Below are positions 52,307-64,000 of a stretch of DNA of 64,000 nucleotides, piece after piece. Source of the stretch: Marsupella aquatica. Its lineage: Eukaryota; Plantae; Marchantiophyta. The DNA is taken from positions 13,067,086 through 13,131,085 of the forward strand of contig OZ316895.1 in assembly GCA_973895155.1 (NCBI GenBank), given 5' to 3'. The translations under genes were made by a program, and so were the position numbers. How positions within the stretch are numbered: the stretch's first letter is position 1; every line of letters starts with the position of its first letter. The notes beneath the pieces are model-generated. The model saw only the letters and a program-made list of their open reading frames with translations, searched no databases and was not told the DNA's origin.

Positions 52307-53457
52307 TACCGTGACCTGCCATTTGCTACTGAGTATGGTATGGTACGGTGTGCGTAATACCTCCTCTTAGATATCTTATATTGACGAATAAGCTCTCGAT
52401 ATAGTGACTGAAGTTATTATCAGTTTCAGCTCCTGAGCTCCGGATGCAATGAGTGAATTGGTCAGTCCATCACACAGCGATTCGAGTGGAGAGTTCTTCA
52501 GCGAGGTACCAGCACTGCCGACCTGCTCCGGTTGACCAGACATGGGTGTTGCTCTGTTCTAGCTGGGTGGGTCTTCTTCATCAGGGGAACGATTGCACAC
52601 TTATCTTACAGGACAGATTTCCGCTCCGTCTTTCCAGTGTTTCAACTTTCAAGTGCCAAGAGTAGTCTTTCTCTTTCCGGAGGATGCCGGCCAGTGGAAC
52701 ACGGGAGGTATGCAATCGGTGCAGACTACTGCACGTTCAACACTTTGTACATACGTGCGTGTGTGGATAGACGCTCATTACAATTGTAGATAATTGTAGG
52801 CCTGTAGTCCATTATTTACCAATCTACGATTCTAGATTGAGAGTTCGAGTCACCATCGATTGGTCCATAATATGTTAGGACCACTGGTGCACAGATTATT
52901 ACTTAGTAGACAGGACGAGAACCACAATTAGTGCTTCCACGGATGACATTGACGACAAATCCAGTCTGTCCTCAGGTCTCTCCTCGGACAGCAATGACAT
53001 AGCTCATGTAGCGCATAAGAGTGTTGAGAGCTTCAGCTGAAATGCCAGCTTTGAGAGTTACTGGCAATCAAGAATTGCACTTATTCTTTGTCCCCAGTCT
53101 GCTTGATCTCCAGGCTGGGATGGTATACAGTATTCACATGGATCCATTTTTATAGCCCAATAGTTCTGGGAGGTGTTTAGAGAAATTGTTGCGGGATAGT
53201 TACTGCCATTATTCCGGCAGATGTGAGCGAGATCGTTGCTGCCATTATTCTGGCAGATGTTAGAGACATTGTTGCTGCCACCATTCTGGCAGATGTTAGG
53301 GAGATATGGCTGCCACTATTCTGGCAGATGTAAAACTAAAATTGAATGTCAACTGGAGTGAATTATTTCAATGTGTGAACCTGCCCATGTCATGTGGCAT
53401 TGCTTATCTAGCTCTCTTGAGATTGGTGGTGTGTACTCGCTGTTTGTCTATGCAATT
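48807..53457 (+). repeat. Right arm of large inverted repeat (near-identical core)
   Basis: Reverse complement of 38964-43618. Diverged homology continues outward to ~54330 and inward to ~47655. Confidence 0.97.
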
Positions 53458-56400
53458 GATCTTGGCAGCATTATCGCACACCCAATTGATCTTGGCAGCA
53501 TTATCACACACCCAATTGATCGATGAAACGTCTCGATCTCGCCAAGATGAGGCATTATCATCATGCAATGCAATTACATTGTCTCTCTGAATTTCTCCCC
53601 CAGACAATGCTTTGGTATGGCTTTTCTGGCTCTCTGCTCTCCCAATGCCGCACGTTGAGATCTGTTACATAACATGGCGTGTTTCTTAGATCAGGGTCTC
53701 ATCCAAAATCATGGCAGTCCAATTCTTTGTAGGATGGCCAAGCAACTAGACCACCACTCCCATTAAAATCACATTAGTGTAGTCGATTTCTTTAAATCAC
53801 AACTGGCCATATATAAGGGAGGAAGTGTCCAAGACCTCCCACTTTTTCCACATTTCTCCTCTCCCTGCCAGTTTGCTCCAGGATTCCAAGAACAATTTAC
53901 TTCTAATGGTAGCTACTGGTAATCTGTAGTGTATTACCCTATAGTCAGACCTTCTATATAAAATGGTATGCCTTTCGATTGAGAAGCCTCAAGCTCCGAC
54001 AGCAACAGGTGGTCGAGGCAATTAATCACAATCTCGTCATCCAGGCATACGATTTACAATTACTTGCTTACGCTCTAGCTCTAATATTAAGTCTCCTCTT
54101 TTTCTTCCTCTTCACATAATTGTAGTTGCATGCCACCCAGTTTAAAACTAAGACTTAGGGTGGACTTACAAGACATGAGACTCTTCAACGTTTCTTAACC
54201 AAAGCCAACTGGAGTGCCACTTCGTCTTCTAAAAATAGACTCCAGACCAAAAACTTCTGAAATGAAGGTCAATCCATACAAATCTTGTGAATGAAGGAGC
54301 AGGAGTTTGAAAATGTTTGGACCACCTCTCAGGTGCTCTAAAATTCTAGACCATGGGTGACATTATATCATTCAAATTTCTACTTTGTGACTTAAAACTT
54401 AATGTCATTGTTTTGAGCTTCACACTAGCTCGGTGCTAAAACTGAAACTCGTATTTTAGTAAGCCTTTTGTTAGTAACTAATGATTCAACGTGTCAGGTA
54501 AACCCCTCCCATGAAGGGTTGTCCAAAATGAAAGAACGAGGGCTGAGTAGCTGAAATCCCTTCGAGATTTTTGTCTTTGTATTTTTCTGGACTTTATGGA
54601 CAAGAATGCCCATCACATGCTCTGCTTGATAGGGCATTCCCTACTCATCGTTTGGTTAATTAAAGAGGTAGTCGGAGTTTGATTTTCTTGAAGCTGCTAT
54701 ATGGTGAATGCAACTTTCAGTATTTTGTCTTATTCAAACTTCTTTTGTTATGCATTTTTATTTCAATGTGTCTTACCAAGGTGCATCCCTTGTATAGTTC
54801 AGATTTCCAATTTATTTTGGCACCCCTCTAATTTTTTTAAATCTTTGCTATATTTTAAGATCATCCACCCTCTAACAAAGCTCGTTGAATTTCTAGCCCT
54901 TATTCTCATGAGTAAGGAAGAAATGATCTAAATAATGTGCGCACCTTATATCTTTAAGTACTACTCATGGTTTTGTGTCCTAAATTTTATGGTTTTAATT
55001 ATTTTGAGTGTCATTACCTAAAGTAAGTACATAAATATCTCTACTCATGTACATTATGTGCACATCCCAATACCATAAACTTAAACTTTCCTGTTCATTA
55101 TTATTTTCTTTACATGTGTACTTTTATTTTTGTACCTTATGTGCACAAGTTTCAATATCATAGACTGTATGTCTTCCTAGTCAATGTCCTGTTTATATTT
55201 TAATTAGAACATCTGTATATCACTAAAATACAAAACAAAAAATGAAGCATGTTCCAGGATGAGCATGCTATATCGGAGTAATTAAACAGTCGGAGTGACA
55301 AATATTCCAAAGATCAAAGTCCACTAACTCCTTGTTACCAGAGCAATATAGTCAATAAGAGTCCCTAAATTTAGGCTAAAGCCCCACTATAGTTTTGGGG
55401 GCATTACAGCTCACAGTGCTCTTAAAGCAGGGAGTCAAGACACTTCCACCAAACTGCCAAACAGAGTGTCACCAGGTAGTGTAAGTTGGATATGGATCTT
55501 ACAATTGCTCTCTAGCCAAAGAAGCTTGGGAAGTTGGTCATAAGTCATATCCCACATCCTAGAGATGAACACCACACTGGTCGGATTGTACCACTCGAAG
55601 GCATGTACTCAAGGACATGGGGATTTCATGTTATGACTGGTTGAAGTCTAGCTTCAAGTCCAGGACACTTGGGGGAAGGCACTTGGAAATAGGAGCAGTA
55701 AGTCCAAGACCAAGTTGGTGGTGGCTGGCACTTCTACACCATCAGGTATGCAACATCATGAGTGCATGCAGAAACCCAGAGTCCTGGTAATTGCAAATCA
55801 AAACCCTAAGCCAGATATGGTGTAGAACAACACTCAACGATTGAAACAGAATAATTGGGTTTGTTGTGGTATCAAAAACTTCAATTATATAGTGTTGCAC
55901 CAAAAAATGCAGTGGTCGTCATTTAAATTGTCTACTTAGAAGCATCACTATTACTCTTCCTCTTCAAGCTCTCATTTCTTGCTATGTGCTCTCTCTTGAA
56001 CACTCACAAACAAGTGCCCACACACTTGAGAACATGGAGAAGATAACCAACAATCTCTTCAACTAGGGTAAGAGCAAACCCTAGTTAACATATTCACCAT
56101 AGTTCATCCTAAGACTGAGTCACTATATTGTCATATTTTGGTGTGCACCCACAGTGTCAAGGAAAGGAAAGCAAAACATAGTTGAGGAGGACAAGCAACC
56201 CGAAGAGGAGAGCACAAAGAGCACTTCGGACTACCCCAGGGATGACTATGCGGAGGAGCCAATCGATTGCCATCAAATGGGAAAGGGGCTGGCAATTGAG
56301 TGCCCCTTTCAAGAGAAGTAAGTTGTGACCCAAAACCTCCACCACCAAATTCAACAGCGCAGGATATCTGAACCCAAAGAGAGGCCATACCCCGGGGTCC

Positions 56401-57001
56401 TCACTTCTTTTCTTCCGACCCATCACGCGCGAATAAGTATAGGGTTTTTTTTATTGGGTTTAGTGAAATACTTTTAAATTTTTGTTGAAGAACATTAGGG
56501 TTATTTTAATCCAATTTTGAGAATTATAAGAATCATAGGGTTTTTTTTAATCAAATATGGGAATATTCTTGGAATATTCCATTAAGTTAGGGGTTAACAA
56601 ATTCCTAAAAAAAACTTTATTGACTAAACGTTTAGGGTGTTTATTCCCCCAAAACTTCGAGCGTTCTATGAGACACCCCTTGGATTGAGGCCCCCGAGGG
56701 CCATACAAGTAAGGGAGACAACACCAAACCCAAATGGATGGAGGTTCATATCAAACCTAAGACTAAATTATTGTACTGGACGGGCAAGCTTTTGAGATCT
56801 ATCAAAGATACAGCTTATGATAACTGGCAACATTTAAAAGCCTAACCCAAATGGGCAATAATAAATCACAATAAATCAGTTTGCAGGGTATAAAAACAAG
56901 CAAGACATATAAATCATATCAAAGTGTCTCAAAGCTCTGAATTTGATGGACCTTAACTCCGTAGTTGTGGGTTACAGACACAAAGTTACAGACCACTAAA
57001 T

Positions 57002-57238
57002 TCATAGTCTATAAGGTTTCGCCATAAAGATTGGTTGTATGCCATTACCATTAGTCACTCTAGAGGCTAGACCCAAATTTTCTTCCGGCTCCCAAGTACT
57101 CTCGGCCTGGTCGTAGCCAGCCCACTTCACCAAATACTCTAAGATTTGCCTTCCCAATTTGCGTTTGTAACGGTGGTCCAAAATTGCCTCCACCTCGAAC
57201 TCCTCAGTGTCCTCCACCAGCATGGCGTCCGGACGCAA
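57002..57238 (-). pseudogene. Integrase C-terminal chromodomain of the chromovirus
   Basis: EEFEVEAILDHRYKRKLGRQILEYLVKWAGYDQAESTWEPEENL keeps the aromatic-cage residues F, W and Y. It is frameshifted from the upstream integrase. Confidence 0.92.
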
Positions 57239-58493
57239 GACCTATCCCGGTTGGGATCATCGTCTTTGACAAACTTCTTGAGCCGACTAACATGGTAGCT
57301 TTTGCCCACGCCCATTTCCTTGGGTGTCTCAAACACCACCAAAACCGGATTATCCTTGTGGGCCCATCGTATGATGCGATAGGGCCCCACATATCTGGGA
57401 GCCAGCTTCCTACTTATGTTCCCGTGGTATTGCTCAGGTCTCAACTACAACCAGACACTCTCCCCAATTTCAAAGCTTACCTGGCGTCGATGTTTATCCC
57501 CTTGGTAGCCGCTTCCACGACTAGGCGCCGCTCTCGAATAAAATCGTCCGCGGAAGGAACCTTGCTTTCCGTCTGCCAAGCTTCCAGATTTATAAACCAG
57601 GAGGGCGCCCTTGGCGTCCTCCCTGTGGCCAACACAAACGGCGCAAACCCCGCTCGAAACCCCGTTGCCCAATGCTTGGTTGAGTTATACCTAAACTCGG
57701 CCATTGTTAAATGCTTCGCCCAATCCTTCTGATTGGCTGTCACAAAGTGACGCAAGTAGTCCTCCACGATACCATTAACCTGTTCCGTTTGGCCATCTAT
57801 TTCGTGATGATATGCTGATCCCCTAGTCAGGTCTATTCCGGATAACCGGAACAACGCCTTCCAGAAATGGCCCGTGAACTTGGTATCGCGATCGGACAGG
57901 ATATGCAACGACAATCCCCATTGTCGGAAGACATTGTCAAATACTAGACCGGCAACTTCTCGGGCCAAAACCATCTTCGTAGTAGGCAAGAAATACGCCA
58001 TCTTGGAAAAACGATCCACGATTGTTAAGATGGAGTTACTGCCATGGGACTCAGGTAATCCAACAATGAAGTCCATGGAGATAGACTCCCATGGAGCCGC
58101 AGCTACTGGTAAGGGTTGCAACAGTCCTCCTTTTGCCCTATAGACCGTTCGGTTCTTCTGGCATGAGTAACAACTTTGCACGTGTTGAAGGACCGACTGC
58201 TTCATGTCCGTCCAATACACATCTCGCAACATGCTACGATACGTGGCGGCTTGTCCTCCGTGCCCTCCCCAGGGCGAGTCGTGGTATTTTTGCAGAACCT
58301 CTAACCTTAGAGACTCTGGTATGTACACACGCCTCTGCTTGTATCGCCATAACTGGACATTATGCGTCGTATCCAACCCTAACGATACGTGCCTTACCTT
58401 GCCCTGGCTACCCCCATTGCTTTGCCAATCCTTAGCTAACTTGTCATCCCCATATGCCACGGCCAGAACCTTTGGCCACTCGGATTCGAGCAT
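57239..58493 (-). pseudogene. Retrotransposon integrase (zinc-binding domain, DDE core, GPY/F region); frameshifted
   Basis: HDSPWGGHGG...CYSCQ, PWESISMDFIVGLP, IVDRFSK, ILSDRDTKFT, DGQTEQVN, KLAPRYVGPYRI. Confidence 0.92.
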
Positions 58494-58514
58494 CGTGATC
58501 CCATTGACACGATG

Positions 58515-59830
58515 TTAATCCTTACGCGATAGCGCGTCCGTTGCTGTATTTGTCTTCCCTGGAACGTGGCGGACTTTGAAATCGAAATCCGCCAAGAACA
58601 TTTGCCAGCGCATTTCCTTGGGGTTCAGCCTTGGCTTAGAACTGAAGTACCCGGCCGGCGAGCTATCTGTGTGGATTACCACTTTGGGACCGTTCTTAAG
58701 GTAAATCTCCCACTTCTTCAACGCATAGATCACAACATACATTTCCCTTTCCGGCGTGATCCAGTGATTTTCCAACTTACATGACTCGAAGGCCACATGA
58801 CGACCATCTTGGTGAAGACAGGCGCCGATGGCATAATCACTTGCGTCTGTCCAAATCTCGAACGGCTTCCCCATCTCAGGTAACTTTAGAATTGGTGGCG
58901 TTATCATTAATCGCTTAAGTTCTAGGAATGCTAACTCGCAATCCTGTGTCCACACAAACACTTTGTTTTTCAATGTTAGCGCATTTAGGGGCCTCGCGAT
59001 CCTCGCATAGTCTTTCATGTATCTCCGATAGAACCCCGTAAATCCTAAGAAGGCTCTAACTTGCCTTACATTGGACGGGCGCTCCCATTCTTTGATCTCC
59101 TTAAGCTTGTCCTGACTAGGCGTAATCCCTTCTGGGGTAAAGGTATGGGCGAGGAACTGAATCTCGTTCATCGCAAACTTGCACTTGCTAGGTTTAGCAA
59201 AGAGATGAGCCTTATGAAGGCGAGAGAACACTTCTCTGAGCAACTGCTCATGCTCCTCCAACGTTTTCGAGTAGATTAGGATGTCGTCAATAAAGACGAC
59301 CACTCTTTGGTCCAACAAGTCATGAAAAATGGTATTCATCATCTTCATGAACGTTGCGGTTGCATTACACAACCCGAACGGTATAACCAAAAACTCATAG
59401 GATCCGAACCTTGTGCGCATCGCGATCTTATACTCGTCTCCCTTAGCCATGCGGATCTGGTAATACCCAGACCGCAAGTCCACCTTTGAAAACTTCTTAG
59501 CCTCAGAGAGGCAATCGAAGAGGTCATCCATATGAGGTAACAGGTACTTGTTCTTTACCGTCTGCTTATTGAGGGCCCGGTAATCTGCGCACAATCTCAA
59601 AGTACCATCCTTTTTGGACACAAACAGTGCGGGCGCCCCATAGGACTCTTACTAGGGCGAATGAACCCTTGGTCGATCAACTCTTCCAAGGTGTTCTTCA
59701 ACATCATTCGCTCGTTCAGGTTCAAACGATAAGGAGCTTTAGCCTGAGGAGCCAATCCCGGCTCCAACTCAACTTGGTGATCCACTTCTCTCCGCGGGGG
59801 TAAACCTTTAGGTAGCTTCTGCAAGAGCAC
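58515..59830 (-). pseudogene. Retrotransposon reverse transcriptase and RNase H; frameshifted, with an in-frame stop before the integrase
   Basis: LPPRREVDHQVEL, APYRL, KKDGTLRLCADYRALN, DLRSGYYQI, PFGLCNA, FIDDILIYS, TDASDYAIG, HVPGKTNTATDALSR. Confidence 0.93.
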
Positions 59831-59844
59831 GTCGTTGAATTCCT

Positions 59845-62122
59845 CTAAAATTTCAGGAATTTGACCGTAGTCGGGCCCGACCTTAGCTGACTTGACCTTT
59901 GGCTGCGATGCAGCCCCTTAGTTGGGTGGAGATGAAAGAAGAAACATTCATGTCCACCCTTGAAGTCTTTCCACCATTGCTTCGCCGATACACACGGAGA
60001 CATCCACGACACTTTACTTACTTTAAGAAATCTTTCCTTATTTTCGGTAATTTCGTGTACAACGATGGGCTCACCGCCCTTATTGGGAAAATGGAGCCCC
60101 TCACCCCCCAGTTTCAAGGTAACATTGTGCTTTCTGAGATAACCTACCGACAAAATGAAGTCTACGGCTAGACCGTCTAGAACGTAGAACATCTCCTGAC
60201 TAACAAAATTTTGTTGTTCGCCTATGACCTCTACCCGAAGTCTATGCACTACTCTCGACACTATCCCCTTCGTGTCGTTGGCAAACTTGCACACTAACGG
60301 TTGTAACAACTCTTGCACGTCCACCCCAAGACGAGCTGCCACCTGCCCACTTATGAAGCAGGCGGTCGCGCCTGTATCCACCAAGGCAACACCCAGATAC
60401 CGTTAGAAGTAACATTCACAAAAATCAGTTTTTCAGGATCCATTGTCTTAACTTTAGGTATCTTCTCTTGCAACAACGCCCTCTCATTGTCAGGGACATC
60501 CCCTACAGGGACCTTGTCAGCTACTAAGGGTTTGGTTAGAGCGATACTTACCTTAATGCTCTTCTGCCCTCCACCATCTCCGTTTGGCTTGCCACCTTTC
60601 GTGGAACAATCCTTACTTTGATGGCCCATGGCGCCACATGTGAAGCACAAACCTTCAGGCCGCCTCTGCTCCATGGTCGCCTGCTTCTTTGCTTTCTGTG
60701 CCGATGAGGCTCCTTTCCCGGCTCCTTTCTTAAAGTTGCCGGCCTTCCGGTTTTGCTTGGCTTCTCCATTCTGGGGCTGGGGATCCAAACCACCGGCCCC
60801 CGCCCCCTCAGGTTGCTTTCGCTTATTCCTGGGACCTTTTGCTTTCCCAGCTTCCCCTTCGGATCCCTTGCCACTCACCTTCGCCAAGTCCGGTCGGTTA
60901 TTCACCAACGTAGTGGCCTTGTCGAAGGCGTCAGAAAGCGTTTTGAACTCATGACGCTTTTCCTGCAACTTTTCCCTGAGCAACGGCGGGAGCTTCACAA
61001 TAAAGTTGTGAAGCTGTGTATGTAGGGTCTCTTGTCCCGCCGGGATACATGCCAACTGATTCTGGTAATAAGTGATGAACTTTTGGATATCACCCCTGAA
61101 ACTCATCTCCGTTACGCATTTCTAAGCATGTCGCTCCGGGTACTTAGTGGTGACATGAGCACGGAGACCCTCAACCAGGTTTTCCCAAGTTAACGGCAAG
61201 GAGGAGTCCTCTCGCGACTTCTTCCATGACTTGTACCAAGTCAAGGCATAGTCCTTCAGGTAAGGAGCGGCTGCGGTAGCCCAAGTGGAACGCTCAACGC
61301 ACGCTTGGAGATGAATCTCCATCGTGGAGAGCCAACTCAGGAACTTTTGCCCACTTTGATCGTAGGCCCCGTCGTAAGTTGGAGGAGTCGGTAGCTGGTT
61401 CACTTGGAACATACTCCGTCCAACTACCATGTTCCCCCCTCGGGATGCGACGCACTCTAACTACCCAGACTAAGTAAGTACTTAATCTGGGCCCCCTTGT
61501 TGTGTTCCAACTGCTCATAGATGAGTCGTTGGTCTTGAGTCAACGGACCCAGACCGTCGTCAGCGGTCGGGCCTTTGCGGGTTGTATGAGGACGGTCCTC
61601 CAACCGTCTTTCCTTTGCGGGTCGCCTGTCCTTAGGTTCTCTTGTGGATTTTGGTGAAACACCCCGCGTTTTGCGAGTACCATGACCTCCCGGGACTGAG
61701 GTATCACCCGCATCATCCTGGTTCTGCTTGGTCAAATTATCCACGATGATGTCCGGCTCGGCATCATCCTCTGGTTCTGCGTTCAACCCTCTCAAGGCTA
61801 GGATCAGTTCCTCTTCCGGGTCCTGACCCCCTTCCTCTGTCTCAGCTTCAGTGTTGTCGTCGCTTGCGGTTGCGTCAGAGTCATCGTCATCCGACCCATC
61901 CTCTGAAGGATCAGCCGCCTCCTTTCCTTTAAGTTGACGGCGCTCTGCACTTGACTTGTTTGCCGCAGTGGTCGACGGTTCGGCCGTTGCGTCTTCTTCG
62001 TCCTGCTTGTAACGTTTGTCTAGGGAAGTCGACCCGTCCTCCTTCTGTTCATCGTGAACTTGGGCTCTCCCCTTGGTGGGGGGAGCCTGCTTGCCACTCT
62101 TTGCACGAGTGTTTTTTGCCAT
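59845..62122 (-). pseudogene. Retrotransposon gag (acidic N-terminal region, capsid, zinc knuckle) and aspartic protease; disrupted
   Basis: ORFs 62122-61457, 61430-61122 (PTYDG...WL...ALTWY...TWE capsid), 61106-60351 (CX2CX4HX4C) and 60384-59845 (VDTGATACFIS). In-frame TAG at 61122-61124 plus frameshifts. Confidence 0.88.
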
Positions 62123-62253
62123 GTTCTCAATGACCGAATCTGCCCGCAGTCGACCCGCTGAGCACGTTGAAGCACTAAGTCCCCGCGAAAATCCATTAAG
62201 ATTTTTGGATTCTGACTTAGCACAACCCCGACCCGGTGTCTATGCCAACAATC

Positions 62254-62265
62254 GCTCTGATACCA
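62254..62265 (-). promoter_or_regulatory. Primer-binding site complementary to initiator tRNA-Met
   Basis: GCTCTGATACCA on the plus strand is TGGTATCAGAGC on the minus strand, 4 nt after a ...CATCA candidate LTR end and just upstream of gag. Confidence 0.9.
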
Positions 62266-62269
62266 CAAG

Positions 62270-63756
62270 TGATGGACCTTGCCACCCAGCGCCCTCACCA
62301 ATCCCAGCACTTGCGCCTAAGTGCCCTTGGTGCCCGAACGCCTCCACAAAATACCTCGAGCAAGCATCCAAGTGCCTCTAGCACCACCTGCGGCCACTCC
62401 CATACGAAGCCGCACTTGCTCACCTACACGACCGCTACTTAACGGTCCTCACCGTCTGCACAAGCAACCAAACACCTCGGTAAGTAACCCCTCCGGATCT
62501 AGAACTCGCCAAGTCTAGCATCCTAACTCAAGCTCAACAGACGTTAGTAAATAGGTCAGCGATAGGTCCTCCCAATGCCATAAGCCGAAACCAGAACCCA
62601 CGCCAACAATCCGTCCAGGACAGCTCCTTCCTTGGGCGCGGCCCGGGTTCCCCCTCGTACCTATCCATCACCAACTAACCGCCCTGACCTCAGGACATGC
62701 TCATGGCCCAAATAGCGTAGCTTGTCCTAAAGCTTGTCCCAAGCTTGTCTCAACACGCCGGGACCAGAATGGCCCCGACTCTAACAACCGCTCCCGGTTC
62801 ACCCCACTGATGGTCTAGGGACCGAGCGCCCTTGGGACTCAGCCTCCATACCTACTTGGCCTTGCCTCCCTAACGCAAGCTTCCTTGGGAGGCTGAACGC
62901 GGCTTGGCTGCTGTTTGACAAGATTTGGCAAACGGGCGAGCTAACACCCGCAAACCATGAGAACCCATGGCACCCCCAGACCCAGCTGAGCTCAAGAGGG
63001 CGTAGCTCTCCTCAAGAGATTTCTAACGCACCTAAGAAGTCCTCCAACGGACTTCCCGTTGGGAAGATATCCCCATTTCCATTTGGCGGTTTCCCTTAGT
63101 GTCGCGACCGCCGCGGCTCACGACTTCGGCTCGCCCTTAGCCCCCAGGGAGGACCCACTCCCCTCATATATGCTTGTGGAGACCTGCCACCCCCGGACCA
63201 GCTTTGGTCCCTAAACATTTGGCCCCCAACCCGGATCCCATCGCGCATAATGGGCGCGCCACCAACTGGCAACGCCCATAACTTTCTTGATAGGCATCCG
63301 CAAGCAGAGTGCCTTAGCCCATTGTGACCGGGCCGACCCAGTGCTCATGCCTAGGCCCTCAGGTCTGATCGCCGCTCGGGGCCCCCGACCGGCCCAACCC
63401 GGATCGGGCCATAACTTGCGCCCCAAGCGTCCGTTGCCAATGGCAACAACTCCATTGGCCTTGGGCCCAAGAGGAGCTCAGTCCCAAGCCCTCAGAACTC
63501 AAAGCCCATCCGATGGTCCGAACGACCACCCTTGAGCCCGGCCCCTTTCCCCTTGACCTAACCAGCCATAGGCTAGTCCAAGTCCTTAGTGTGTGTCCCC
63601 AGCTTGGCCCCGTGCCTCGCTAGTGCCACGTCTCATTGCCCACAAGTCTCCCCATGCTAAGTCCTCCCCGGATGGCCTATCCGGGCCTGGACCATAAGGG
63701 AGCTCGGCGTCGGAGCTAAGTGTTAAGGTAGTCGAGTTGTGCGACTGGGACTCTCA
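62270..63756 (-). repeat. Putative 5' LTR (~1.5 kb)
   Basis: GC-rich non-coding block ending in CA next to the PBS, with a TATAT(G) candidate near 63165-63172. The outer boundary (minus-strand TGAGAGTCCC at 63756) is inferred from the change in composition; there is no second LTR to confirm it. Confidence 0.6.
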
Positions 63757-64000
63757 AATCTTCCAAATTAAGGGTGTTGGCTTTCAGCCATAAAGGAATG
63801 TATAACTTTTCACAAGGTTGTTTAATTTTAATCTAAGAGATCCTTGGAAGCTATCGTAAGCGAAGCGGCCTACCGCCGTTGTGAACTGGTACAGGCAACT
63901 GTAGCTACCTTTGTGAGTTGTATCCTAGTTTCACTCCTCTCGGCCTCTTAAGGATAAAGTCGGATCGCGTTGGTGCTAGAGGTTGTTGGGCGGCTGATTT

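Larger units (their letters stand above)
57002..63756 (-). mobile_element. Ty3/Gypsy LTR retrotransposon, chromovirus (gag-PR-RT-RNaseH-IN-chromodomain); decayed, no 3' LTR found
   Basis: Domain order on the minus strand: gag, CCHC knuckle CFTCGAMGHQSKDC, protease VDTGA, RT (KKDGTLRLCADYRALN, FIDD), RNase H (WTDASDYAIG), integrase (H-H-C-C, SISMDF, ILSDRD), YVGPY motif and chromodomain. A Met-tRNA PBS lies upstream. Several stops and frameshifts. Confidence 0.95.

Noticed and set aside
38964-53457. Palindrome as a source of intramolecular hairpin dsRNA
   Set aside because: The genes are divergent, so neither mRNA contains both arms; a hairpin would need an unobserved read-through transcript of over 10 kb.
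56440-56640. Several TAGGGTT/TTTAGGG words suggesting interstitial telomeric repeat
   Set aside because: The words are scattered in AT-rich DNA rather than tandem; more likely part of a transposon end.
56944-56954. TGATGGACCTT, identical to the LTR end at 62270, as a possible 3' LTR
   Set aside because: The match is only 11 bp, does not extend, and belongs to the separate dispersed AATTTGATGGA motif also seen at ~16530 and ~36800.
60351-60400. Programmed ribosomal frameshift between gag and protease
   Set aside because: No slippery heptamer is evident and the element has several other random frameshifts and stops, so decay is the simpler explanation.

Overview
Eukaryotic, intron-rich land-plant DNA, most likely from a plant with flagellated sperm such as a liverwort (inferred from the CFAP65 gene, short GT-AG introns and a chromovirus). 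The window holds four protein-coding genes: a 3'-incomplete CFAP65/CCDC108 flagellar gene (minus, <1-8606), a 10-exon organellar, probably mitochondrial, ribosomal protein L1 gene (minus, 33300-36628), and two vacuolar-type GH32 acid invertase genes set head-to-head as a large inverted repeat (40115-43618 minus; 48807-52306 plus). A decayed chromodomain-bearing Ty3/Gypsy LTR retrotransposon occupies about 57000-63760. The ~24 kb between CFAP65 and RPL1 has no recognisable host gene, only transposon relics, short tandem arrays and one ~310 bp foldback. The most striking structure is the invertase palindrome: its promoters and distal 3' flanks are clearly diverged, but ~4.65 kb from the start codon through all introns to ~1.15 kb past the stop differs at only about a dozen sites. 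This suggests arm-to-arm gene conversion, although an assembly artefact must be excluded. All identities and homologies were judged by eye.
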